From Mobula hypostoma (Eukaryota), in the NCBI RefSeq assembly GCF_963921235.1, contig NC_086097.1, positions 161,574,001 through 161,638,000 on the forward strand: 64,000 bases of DNA, read 5' to 3'. Made by a program: the position numbers and the translations under genes. Of this stretch, positions 40,835 through 53,135 are shown in pieces. The notes beneath the pieces are model-generated. The model did no database searches. It saw only the letters and a list, made by a program, of their open reading frames with translations, and was not told where the DNA came from. How positions within the stretch are numbered: position 1 is the first letter of the stretch; each line of letters starts with the position of its first letter.

Positions 40835-43030
40835 GTTACTGCCTGTTACACCACTGGGGTTTAGGGTAGCAATGAAGATCCTCCATCACTGTCTGTCCTT
40901 GGTCATTTTCTCTATTGTGCCCCAGGTGTGGTTCAGGGTTCTCATTTCTGCCTCTGCAGTACGGTGCCCAGCTGTCTTTAGTCTCCCACGTTTCCTCTGC
41001 CTTTCAGGGGGTCCAATAAGTGCTATCTTGATGATGGAGTTGTCCTCTCTTCTCATCACATGCCCAAGCCATCTCCAACGTTTCTTCATGATGATTGTCC
41101 TCTTGGTGACACTGAAGAAGTAGGGCATGGTTGGAGATCTTTCTCGGCCAGAAAATACAAGGATCTCCCGAAGGCTCATGGTGTGGAATAATGAGAGCTT
41201 GGCAAGGTTGTTCTCTGTCATGTGCCAGTATTCTGACCCATACAAGAATGTGGACAGAACACAACTCTGGAACAGCTTCACCTTGGTGTGGACGCTGTAC
41301 TTGGTTGATCCCCCATGTATCACTCATTGATCTGAAGATATTTCTAGCTTTGCTGAGTCTGCACTGGATGTCATCCTTGGTCCTGCCATCCTGCCGAATG
41401 ATGCTGCCCAGGTACATGAATGTGCTGATAGTGGGCAAGCCTTGATGGGAGGGGGAGACTCTACATTGAGGGTTACGGTCTCAGTCTTTCTCTGGCTGAC
41501 TCTGAGTCCAACCTGTCCATCAAAGGTACACAGGCAGCAAGTTTTCTCTAGCATGTGCAGGTACATATATGATAGTAATGTGAGGTCATCCACAAATTCA
41601 AGGTCTTCTGAAGTAGAGTATAGAGTCTACCTAATTATCTTTCATTGTTTGGCTCATCACCCAGTCAATCACCAAGCTAAATAATATCGCCAAAATCAAT
41701 AGCCTTGCCTGACTCCTGTCTTGACTTCAAAGCTTAAATTGAAGTCCCCAACTGTGCAGGTGAAATTATCATAGAAACTCTGGATACGCTGGACAATTTT
41801 GAAAGGGATGCTGCATGATCTGAGAATTTGCCAGTGGCTCTCCCAGATGCCATCAAAATTCTTTTCAAAGTCCACGAAATTCACATACAGTAGTCTCTGT
41901 CACTCTGTACACTGTTCTATGATATCACACAGCATGAAGATCTGGTCAATGCAGAGTCTGTTTCTCCTGAAGCCAGCTTGCTCTTTCCTCAAATACACAC
42001 TGAGAGCATCTGTAATCATAGGAAAATGACTTCGGCGAGAATCTTGCTGGGCACTGACAAAAGTGTGATGCCACACCACTTGTTTCAATCGCTTAGCACT
42101 TTTTTCTTGGGGCTCCTAATAATAACTCTCTTTGACCGGTTCTTGGGTACTTGTCCCAGATTACAGATCTTGGGTACTTGTCCCAGATTATAATAAGCAA
42201 TAGCTGCAGGATGGCTGCTGCAACCTTTGATTCAGCTTTGACCAGTTCAGTGTTCAAATTGTCACATCCTGGAACTTTGTTGTTTAATGATTTAATCACA
42301 GAAACAATCTCTTTTCCTTGGTGGATCTGTGTTGATGTCAAGGTCCTCTCTTGCCTCTTGTATATCAGATTCTTCATTTGGTGGCGATCCATTCAGTAAT
42401 TCTTTGAAATACTCTGTCCACCGTCCGTCATCTTGCTCTTTCTCAGTTGTCAAAAGCAGACTGTTCTTATCTCTTACAGGACCACTGGATCTGGCCTGGA
42501 ACTTTCCAGGTACCAATTTTGAAATCTTGTACATATTTCCCTGATCACCTCAAATAGCTGCTGCTTCGGCCTCCTCTCCAAGGTCTTCTACGTAGACTCT
42601 CTTATCCTTTCTTACAAGTCCCTTCACTTTCTTGTTAGATTCAGTATATGTTTGTTGCAGCTCCATCTTAATTAATGTTGACTTTGCATCTAACAATTCC
42701 TTCTTAATTTTCCGTCTTTCTTCTAAGTCTGTCCATGTTTTCTGTTGTATCCATTTTTTGTTCTTCATTCCAGCTCTGTATCCTAGATAAGCTTCGCTGC
42801 TCTCCTTGAAGACTGAGGCAATCCGTTGCCACATTGTGTCAATCCTATCTCCTGACACATCCTCATCAAGGTCTTGCAAGGCCCGGAATGTGTTCTTTAG
42901 CTGAATGGTGAAGACAGATCTCACACTGGTGTCCCTGAGCTTTTCAATCTCAAAACATCTTTGTACATGTGTCCTGGTCCCAGTGCTTCTCAGCTTGAGT
43001 TTCATCACTGCTACAACATGGTGGTGATCA
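40835..43030 (-). mobile_element. RTE-clade LINE, decayed
   Basis: DHH.VVAVMKLKL, EQAGFR.NRLCIDQIF, FVDFEK.FD, GVRQG, FMYLGSII and RWRWLGHVMR. Confidence 0.88.
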
Positions 43031-43094
43031 AAACACTGGTTAAAAATGCAATTGTTTACAAATACACCAGTTGTAAACCAACCAGGAAATAAAT

Positions 43095-43220
43095 TTCTAG
43101 CAACATACATCAAAGTTGCTGGTGAACGCAGCAGGCCAAGCAGCATCTATAGGAAGAGGCGCAGTCGACGTTTCAGGCCGAGACCCTTCGTCAGGACTAA
43201 CTGAAGGAAGAGTGAGTAAT
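43095..43220 (-). mobile_element. Penelope pLTR fragment containing a hammerhead ribozyme motif
   Basis: Homologous to 52575-52693; the reverse strand reads AGTC-CTGACGA-AGGGTCTCGGCCT-GAAACGTC-GACT. Confidence 0.8.
43163..43198 (-). ncRNA. Minimal type I hammerhead ribozyme motif
   Basis: Stem I AGTC/GACT, core CUGACGA, stem II GGGU/GCCU, GAAA, palindromic ACGU and a GUC cleavage triplet. Confidence 0.75.
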
Positions 43221-43454
43221 TGGGTCATAATTTACAAAGGGAGGACAAATAGATCAGTTTCAACAACTTTTTAAAAGCAAATCTCAGAAGGTACAAAAGG
43301 TAACAACCATTTTTTTTTACCTGCTAACATCTACATCTTTTTGAAAGTATCCAAATTAGACTGTGTTGAAGCACCAGGTAGAAAGAATCCAAAGACTACA
43401 CTGGCATTTAAAGAAAAGTGAGCTACATGTGTGTCAGGAATGAAAGGTCATAAG

Positions 43455-46400
43455 CAATTTTTTTTTAATTGAAGGAATGACACAATACAGAATATATAAT
43501 GGATTACATTTTCCTCCATTTTGCTTTTATATCGTACCCCCAGAACAAACCTACCCCCACCCGCCCTCCCCGAACATATCATGGCAGCTAATATATTTAC
43601 AACACAGCAATTCACAAATACAAGTACGGACATTTCACAACCATACCCCCACACTACTCCAAGATGACGGCTCACACATATCTGCAACATGTCAGATGAT
43701 CCAAAATACACTCATATTTACAATTCATCAACCACCCTGTGAGGTAAATTATAAGCGTGTTAAATGGGAGGCAACTTCCCAAGTACAATCAAATGCCCTC
43801 AACTAGTAGGTAATTCCTTAAGACTCCCAAAATATAATAAGAAAGGTCCCCATTTCGAATAGAACTTTTTCACAGACCCCCTCAAAGTGAATTTAATCTT
43901 TTCTAATTTCAGAAAAAACATTACAGCTTCTAACCAAGCAGCAGCAGTTGGGGGAGTGGCAGATTTCCAAACCCGCAAAATTCTCCTACGGGCCAATAGC
44001 GATATAAATGCAATGATATCCGACTGGCTTGCATTTAAACCCAAATCATCATCTGCAACACCAAATACAGCTATAAGCGGACAAGGTCTCAGTGTCACCC
44101 CCAAAACGTCACTGATAATTTTAAAAACCCGTGCCCAATAGTTGTCAAGCCGAGGGCATGACCAAAATGCATGTACTAAACCAGCCGGAGAGAAGGAACA
44201 CCTGTCACAGCCAGCGTCTGTCCCAGGGTATATGTCTGCAAGTCTGGCTTTACTTAAATGTACCCTGTGTAAAACTTTAAATTGTATGAGCCCCAGTCTA
44301 GCACATGATGATGAGAAATGAACCCTATTCAATACTTTTGCCCAATATTCCTCAGCCAGATCCATACCGAGGTCATCCTCCCACCTACTCTTAGTTTTGT
44401 TCAGATCTTGAACTCCCAAAGACATTAGCTGAGAGTATAGTTCAGAGATCAGCCCTTTATTGTTAAAGCTAAGAGTGAGTTTTTCCCATAACATAGCAGG
44501 TGGTAGATCAGGAAAAGAGGGAGATTTTTCCTTGACAAAGTGGCAAATCTGCAGGTATTTAAAAAAATGATTATGCGGAAGGCCATACTTGCCGCTCAGG
44601 CTATCAAAACTATCAAATATGTTATGAGTATACAATTCCTTAATGCGCACAAGACCCTTCAAACCCCATTGTCTGAAAGCTGAATCGAATGTGGAGGGAA
44701 GAAATAAACGTTTTTTATGAATGGGGCCCAAAACTGAAGCTGATATGAACTTATAGTGGCAGCGAAATTGATTAAGAATTTTGAGGATGGAGAGCACGAC
44801 CGGGTTAGATGTGAATTGAGAGGATTTCAATGGTAAGGAAGAATACACCAAAGCTGGGAGAGACGAGGAGTGGCAAGACCGTAACTCAAGCAGGCACTAG
44901 ATCATACCTGGCTGATGGAGCCAAAATAATACTTTTTGAATGTTCGATGCCCAGTAATAATGAATAAAGCTGGGAAGACCCATTCCACCTACGTCACGAC
45001 CTCTTTGGAGAGTGTGCTTATTAACCCTTGGGACCTGATTTTTCCAAATAAAGGAGGTTATAGCTTGGTCAACTGATTTAAAAACTAACTTAGATAAGAA
45101 AATTGGCAAACACTGAAACAAATAAAGAAATCTAGGAAGTATAGTCATTTTCACTGACTGAATTCTCCCAGCTATTGTAAGGGGTAAACTGTGCCATCTC
45201 TCGAAATCAGCCTTCATTTGGCTAACCTGAGGGCTGTAGTTAGCTTCAAACAGAGATGTAAAAGAGCGAGTAATATGTATTCCTAGGTATACAAAACCAG
45301 CCTGAGATAAAGGAAAAGGCAAAGATTCCTGTCGAATCTGTAGGGCCAAGTTATTAATGGGAAAGCATTTGCTTTTTTGAAAGTTCAGTTTATAGCCAGA
45401 GAAGACTCCAAAGTGACCTAATAATGACACAATAGCACGACCACTATCTACAGGGTCGCTAATATAAAGTAAGAGGTCATCAGCATATAGGGATACACGG
45501 TGCTCCATGTCCCCTTTTCTAACACCTTGAAATAATGTAGTTGACTTAAATGCAATAGAAAGAGGCTCAATTGCAATTGCAAAAAGAAGAGGGGACAATG
45601 GGCAGCCTTGGCGAGTGCCACGTGTTAATGGGAAATACTCAGATCGAAAATAATTTGTCTGTATACATGCTAAGGCGAGTGGTATAATAGCTTAACCCAA
45701 GCTATAAATATTCTGCCAAATCCAAATTTCTCCAAAACACTAAACAAATATACCCACTCCACTCTATCAATCGCCTTCTCCGCGTCCAAGGAGATAACAA
45801 CCTCCGGACTTGGAGAATCACTGGGTGAATAAACCACATCAGCCAGTCGACGGATATCAAAAAAAGAATGGCAATTTTTAATAAAACCTGTTTGATCGTC
45901 TGAAATTATCTTGGGAAGGGGACGTTCTAAACGGCATGCAAGCACTTTAGCCAAAATTTTCACATCTACATTCAAAAGTGAGATGGGGTGATATAATCCA
46001 CATTGAGTCGGGTCCTTGTCCTTTTTAAGAAGTAGTGAAATAGCTGCCTGTGGAAGAGAAGGGGGTAAGGATCCGTTCCCCAAAGATTCCTGAAACACTT
46101 CTAGAAGGACCGGTATGAGCTTATCCTTAAATTTTTTAAAAAATTCTATTGGATAACCATCAGGACCTGGGGACCTACCACTCTGCATAGCCATGATGGC
46201 GTTATTAATCTCTTCCTGCCCAAGAGCTCGGTCTAGGTTCTCCACCTCCTCTGGTTCAAGAGTTGGTATTTCCAAATTATCTAAAAAACATTCCATATTT
46301 GTGTTATCTGAGGGGACCTCTGAGGCATACAGAGAGGAATAAAAAGTTGCAAAGATGTTATTAATCTCTTTTGGATTGCTTGTCAAGTTTTGGTGCGTGT

Positions 46401-47035
46401 CTCTTATCTGGGGAATAAGTCGTGATGCAGCTTGATGTTTCAACCGATGAGCCATAAGCTGGCTCGCCTTGTCAACATATTCATAATAGAGGCCACATGT
46501 CTTAAGAATTAATTGTCCTGATAGGTTTGTAGATAGAAGATTAAACTTCGCTTGCAAATCAACCTGGCTTTCATATAATTCCGCAGTGGGTGCCTCAGAG
46601 TATTTTCTATCCAGGTCCAAAATAGATTGCAATAACACTTGCATTTCCTTCCTATGCTCTTTAATGGCATGTGAAGTATAAGATATTATTTGACCCCTCA
46701 AGTAAGCTTTTAAAGTTTCCCAAAGTAAAAAATACGATTCCGACTCAGTTTTGTGAGTCTCGAAGAATGTGTCAATGTTAGCCGATATATAACTACAAAA
46801 TTTCTCATTAGAAAGCAAACGGGGGTTAAGTCTCCACAGAGGCCGTTCTCTAACGTTTAAAGGAAAACATAGGTCCAGTTTCACGGGCGAGTGATCAGAT
46901 ATAACTATAGCAGTGAATTCAGTTTGTTTAATCATTGGTATCAAGGAGTTCTCTATAAAGAAATAGTCCAGCCTAGAATGGGAGTGGTGAACATGAGAAA
47001 AGAAAGAGTATTACCTAACTGATGGATTCGAAAAT
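43455..47035 (-). mobile_element. L1/Tx1-clade LINE with near-complete ORF2 (end of EN, RT, CCHC); one frameshift and one nonsense codon
   Basis: ORFs 45670..46944, 44897..45598 and 43799..44851 give SDHSPV, SPGPDGYP, DQTGFI, LDAEKA.DRV, LYADDLL and CDRC...H.FWSC. 1-nt frameshift near 45670; in-frame TAG at 44897. Confidence 0.93.
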
Positions 47036-47264
47036 CATTGTGAGTGACTTCAACTTCCCCAACATAGACTGGGAACTCCTTAATACACAAAGTCAGAGAG
47101 GGCAGGATTGGTTAGAAGTCTCCAAGAGGATTTCCTGAAGCAGTATGTACAGTCAATTACAGGAGAAGCTATACAGTTATTGTACTGGGGAATGAACCCA
47201 GCCAGGTTACTGACCTGTAAGTGGGTGAACACTTGGGAAGCAACTTTAAGCTAGCTATGAATAA

Positions 47265-50200
47265 GAACATAGAACATAGAATAGCACAGCACAGTACAGG
47301 CCCTTCAGCCCAATGTTGTGCCGACCCTCAAACCCTGTCTCCCATATAAGCCCCCACCTTAAATTCCTCCATATACCTCTCTAGTCGTCTCTTAAACTTC
47401 GCTAGTGTATCTGCCTCCACCACTGACTCAGGCAGTGCATTCCATGCATCAACCACTCTCTGAGTAAAAAACCTTCCTCTAATATTCCCCTTGAACTTCC
47501 CACCCCTTACCTTAAAGCCACGTCCTCTTGTATTCAGCAGTGGTGCCCTGGGGAGGAGGCGCTGGCTATCCACTCTATCTATTCCTCTTGTTATCTTGTG
47601 CGCCTCTATCATGTCTCCTCTTATCCTCCTTCTCTCCAAAGAGTAAAGCCCCAGCTCCCTTAATCTCTGATCATAATGCTTACTCTCTAAACCAGGCAGC
47701 ATTCTGGTAAATCTCCTCTGTACCCTTTCCAATGCTTCCACATCCTTCCTACAGTGAGCCGACCAGAACTAGATACAGTACTCCAAGCGTGGCCTAACCA
47801 GAGTTTTATAGAGCTGCATCATTACATCGCGACTCTTAAACTCTATCCCTCGACTTATGAAAGCTAACACCCCATAAGCTTTCTTAACTACCCTATCCAC
47901 CTGTGAGGGAACTTTCAGGGATCTGTGGACATGTATCCCCAGATCCCTCTGCTCCTCCACACTACCAAGTATCCTGCCATTTACTTTGTACTCCGCCTTG
48001 GGAGTTTGTCCTTCCAAAGTGTACCACCTCATACTTCTCCGGGTTGAACTCCATCTGCCACTTCTCAGCCCACTTCTGCATCCTATCAATGTCTCTCTGC
48101 AATCTTTGATAATCCTCTACACCATCTACAACACCACCAACCTTTGTGTCGTCTGCAAACTTGCCAACCCACCCTTCTACCCCCACATCCAGGTCGTTAA
48201 TAAAAATCACGAAAAGTAGAGGTCCCAGAACAGATCCTTGTGGGACACCACTAGTCACAATCCTCCAATCTGAAAGTACTCCCTCCACCACCACCCTCTG
48301 CCTTCTGCAGGCAAGCCAATTCTGAATCTACCTGGCCAAACTTCCCTGGATCCCATGCCTTCTGACTTTCTGAATAAGCCTACCGTGTGGAACCCAGTCA
48401 AATGCCTTACTAAAATCCATATAGATCACATCCACTGCACTACCCTCATCTATATGCCTGGTCATCTCCTCAAAGAACTCTATCAGGCTTGTTAGACACA
48501 ATCTGCCCTTCACAAAGCCATGCTGACTGTCCCTGATCAGACCATGATTCTCTAAATGCCCAGAGATATATCTTTAAGAATCTTTTCCAATAGCTTTCCC
48601 ACCACAGACGTAAGGCTCACTGGTCTATAATTACCTGGACTATCCCTACTACCTTTTTGAACAAGGGGATAACATTCGCCTCCCTCCAATCCTCCAGTAC
48701 CATTCCCATGGACAACGAGGACATAAAGATCCTAGCCAGAGGCTCAGCAATCTCTTCCCTAGCCTCGTGGAGCAGCCTGGGGAATATTCCGTCAGGCCCC
48801 GGGGACTTAACCGTCCTAATGTATTTTAACAACTCCAACACCTCCTCTCCCTTAATATCAACATGCTCCAGAACATCAACCTCACTCATATTGTCCTCAC
48901 CATCAAGTTCCCACTCATTGGTGAATACTGAAGAGAAGTATTCATTGAGGACCTCGCTCACTTCCATAGCCTCCAGGCACATCTTCCCACCTTTATCTAT
49001 AATCAGTCCTACCTTCACTCCTGTCATCCTTTCTTTCTTCACATAATTGAAGAATGTCTTGGGGTTTTCCTTTACCTTACTCGCCAATGCCTTCTCATGT
49101 CCCCTTCTTGCTCTTCTCAGCCCCTTCTTAAGCTCCCTTCTTGCTTCCCTATATTCCCCAATAGACCCATCTGATCCTTGCTTCCTAAACCTCATATATG
49201 CTGCCTTCTTCCATCTGACTAGATTTTCCACCTCACTTGTCATCCATGGTTCCTTCACCCTACCAATCTTCATCTTCCTCACCGGGACAAATTTATCCCC
49301 AACATTCTGCAAGAGATCTCTAAACATCGACCATATGTCCATAGTACATTTCCCTGCAAAAACATCATCCCAATTCACACCCGCAAGTTCTAGCCTTATA
49401 GCCTCATAATTTGCCCTTCCCCAATTAAAAATTTTCCTGTCCTCTCTGATTCTATCCTTCTCCACGATAATGCTAAAGGCCAGGGAGCAGTGGTCACTGT
49501 CCCCCAGATGCTCACCCACTGAGAGATCTGTGACCTGACCCGGTTCATTACCTAGTACTAGATCTAGTATAGCATTCCCCCTAGTCAGCCTGTCCACATA
49601 CTGTGACAAGAATCCGTCCTGGACACACTTAACAAACTCCGCCCCATCTAAACCCTTGGAACTAATCAGGTGCCAATCAATATTAGGGAAGTTAAAGTCA
49701 CCCATGATAACAACCCTTCTATTTTTGCACCTTTCCAAAATCTGCCTCCCAATCTGCTCCTCTGTATCTCTGCTGCTACCAGGGGGCCTATAGAATACCC
49801 CCAGTGGAGTAACTGCTCTCTTCCTGTTCCTGACTTCCACCCATACCGACTCAAAAGAGGATCCTGCTACATTACCCACCCTTTCTGTAGCTGTAATAGT
49901 ATCCCTCACCAGTAATGCCACCCCTCCTCCCCTTTTTCCACCCTCTCTATCCCTTTTAAAGCACTGAAGTCCAGGAATATTGAGAATCCATTCCTGCCCT
50001 GGTGCCAGCCAAGTCTCTGTAATAGCCACTACATCATAATTCCATGTATGTATCCAAGCTCTCAGTTCATCACCTTTGTTCCTGATGCTTCTTGCACTGA
50101 GGTACACACACTTCAGCCCTTCTACCTTACTGTCTTTACACGGTTTATTCTGCTTCTCTTTGCTCAAAGCCTCTCTGTATGTTAGATCTGGCTTTACTCC

Positions 50201-50790
50201 ATGCACTTCTTTCACTGGTCTATCGCTCTGGGTCCCATCCCCCTTGCAAATTAGTTTAAACCCTCCCGAACCACGCTAGCAAACCTACCTGCAAGGATAT
50301 TGCTCCCCCTCGAGTTCAGGTGCAACCCATCCAATCTGTACAGGTCCCACCTTCCCCAGAAGAGATCCCAATGATCCAAAAATCTAAAACCCTGCCCCCT
50401 GCACCAACTTCTCAGCCACGCATTCAACTGCCATCTCCTCCAATTCTTACCATCACTGTCACGCAGCACTGGCAGCAATCCTGAGAACGCCACCCTTGAG
50501 GTCCTGTTCTTCAGCCTTCTGCTTAGTTCCCGAAACTCTCACTTCAGGACCTCATCCCTCTTCCTGCCTATGCCGTTGGTCCCTACATGTATCACAACTT
50601 CTGGTTGCTTTCCCTCTCGTACCAGGATGTCGTGCACCCAGTCAGAGACATCCCGGACCCTGGCACCCGGGAGGCAACAAATCATGTGGGTGTCCTTCTC
50701 ACATCCACAAAATCTCCTGTCTGCTCCCCTGACTATAGAGTCTCCAGCTGTCCTCTTCTCCGTGCCGGAGGCCCTGCCACCGTGGCTCAC
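47265..50790 (-). mobile_element. CR1 LINE, nearly full length: ORF1 SGNH esterase (~50251-50740), ORF2 EN+RT (47328-50260) with a few frameshifts, 3' repeat tail
   Basis: GDSIVRG, HVGTN and DGLHLN in ORF1; ITETW, GVFYRPP, GDFNFP, SDH, SPGPDGI, DFSKAFD, GVPQGSVLGPLLF and FADDTK in ORF2; (agaacat)n tail at 47265. Confidence 0.95.
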
Positions 50791-51604
50791 ACCTGGTCGG
50801 TCGTCCCTGCCAAAAGTATCCATAAAAATGTGTGGAGCTTGCAGTAAAGTATTAAATTGCAGGATTGAAAATTATATCATACAGGAGCAAAGTAAAAGTT
50901 AATTGGGAAAAATGTTTTCGGGCAAATCAACATCTGACATGTGGAGCTTGTTTAAAGATTAGATGCACTGAGTTCAGGACTGGTACGTTCCAGCAGAAGG
51001 AAGAACACAGATGGGAAGGTACACACTTTGGAAGATCCACAATTAATGGTAGGACCTTAAACAACAATGAAGAACAGAGGCACATGGGTCCACAGGTACA
51101 TGGCTCCCTAAAAGTGGCTGCACAGGTTGATAGGATGGTAAACATAGTATATATATGCATGCCATCATTAGTCAATATTGAGTTCAAGAGCCAGTAGGTT
51201 ACAAAACTGCTTTACAAAACTCTGATTAGGCTACATGGATGAATAAAGATATACGTAAAAATTATTGAAGACATTAAATTAGGAATACAGAAAAAAATGT
51301 AATGATGTTAATGCTAGGCCATATGAAAATATGAGAGCTAAAGTCAAGAGGGAAATTCGATTTCCAAAAGGCATCCTGAGAAGAATATTGCTGATGATCC
51401 TATGATTGACCCCAAGAGATTTGTTCAATACTTCAGGAATAAAAGAAGTCAAGGAGGAAGTTAATTGTATTAGAAATAATAGTGGGGTGTTAAATTATGC
51501 AGAGAAGGACAAACCGAATTCTCTGAACTCATATTTTGCTATAGTATTCACTGTGAAGAAGTTAGCAATCTGCCAGTAAATGTAGAGAAAAATAAGGTTG
51601 TTTT

Positions 51605-51879
51605 CTTTTTTCTTTTTAAATCTTTTTATTGAGTAAGTATACAAAAAAGGTAAGCCATATAAACATTAATACAATGTTAAAGTATAATAAAATTCCAAAA
51701 GATAACAATACCAAAAAGAAAATACTACAATGTAATTTAAGCATAAGAAACCAAGATAACATAATAGTTTACTAAATTTTATATATATCAATGGAAAAAA
51801 AGAAAAAAAAAACCCCCAAAAAAAAACCCACCGTGCAACTAACTAAAAGCAAGGCAAAGCAATGGGCTAACTTGAAACC
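51605..51879 (-). mobile_element. Short 3'-end retrocopy (L1-type 3' UTR with poly-A)
   Basis: 11-bp TSD aaggttgtttt (51594-51604 and 51880-51890), T-tract, and tttatt (AATAAA on the minus strand). Confidence 0.7.
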
Positions 51880-52455
51880 AAGGTTGTTTTAAGTGACTGA
51901 GAAAGTCTCCTGCTTCAGCTGAAAGGGCTGAAAGTTAACAAATCTCCAAGGCCTGACAACATTTATCCAAGGGTACTTAAAGAGGTTTGTGATTACATAT
52001 ACAAACCCTGAACATGTATGTTTCAAGTCACTGAAGACTGGTGAAATCCCTAAAGGACTGGAAATTGGCTAACATTGTCCCAGTATGTAATAAGGGTTAC
52101 CACACTGACCCTGGTAACTAAAGGCCAGTAAGCTTAATGTGTATTGCAGGCAAGTAATGGAAACAATGATTACAAATGAGGTGGAAAAGCAGCTGATAAG
52201 AACAAGCAGGTTAGCAGAAACCCAGCATGGGTTCAGAAAGGAGAAATCATGTTGTACTAATATGCTGGTGTTCTATGATGAGCCAACTAAAATTTATGAT
52301 AACAACAGAGCAGCTGATATCATTTACTTGTGCTTTAGAGGGTTTTTGACAAGGTACCCCATGAGAGGTTAATAATCAAATTACAGGAGGTAGGGATTCT
52401 TGTAAAGGTGTGTGAATGGATGCAGCATTGGCTCAAAAACAGAGAGCAACGAGTT

Positions 52456-52693
52456 GTCCCATGATCCTCTCATATCCCTTCTGCCAATCAACTGTCCAGC
52501 TCTTGTGGCTCCATCCCTCCCCCTCCTGTCTTCTCCGATCATTTTGGATCTCCCCCTCCCCCTCTCAAATCTCTTACTAGCTCTTCTTTCAGTTAGTCCT
52601 GACGAAGGGTCTCGACCCGAAACGTCGACTGTACCTCTTCCTAGAGATGCTGCCTGGCCTGCTGCATTCACCAGCAACTTTTATGTGTGTTGC
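52456..52693 (+). mobile_element. Penelope pLTR-derived 238-bp insertion
   Basis: Exact 12-bp flanking duplication gagcaacgagtt (52444-52455 and 52694-52705); homologous to the other Penelope tails. Confidence 0.85.
52595..52630 (+). ncRNA. Minimal type I hammerhead ribozyme motif
   Basis: AGTC-CTGACGA-A-GGGT-CTCG-ACCC-GAA-ACGT-C-GACT, with the full catalytic core and perfect stems I and II. Confidence 0.8.
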
Positions 52694-53135
52694 GAGCAAC
52701 GAGTTATGGTGAGAGGATCAATTTCACACCAAGATGTTAAAAGTGAGATTCCGCAGGGTTTGGTTTCACAGCCACTGCTATTTTTAATATACATTAATGA
52801 TTTGGATAACCACAAAACAAATTACTAGTAAAGTTTACCGAGGCACAAAATTAGGGGCAAGCGGATAACATTCTGACAGCAGCATCAATACAGTTAAATA
52901 TAAAAAAAATCCAGATGTGGGCAGACAATGGCAGATGAAATTTAATGTAAGTTAATATAAAGTACTACATATAAGTAGAAATATTAGATATAACTATACA
53001 ATGGGGATGGGGGATCTTGAGTTAGAAAGTGCACTGTATGAGAAGGATTTGGGCATCCTGGTAGACTCATCACAGTGAGCATCTGGACCATGCACACAAA
53101 GGATTAGGAAAGCTAACAGAATGTTGGGCTGTATA

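Noticed and set aside
42141..42190. 23-bp direct repeat tcttgggtacttgtcccagatta at 27-bp spacing
   Set aside because: A local tandem duplication inside a dead RTE; only two units, not an array.
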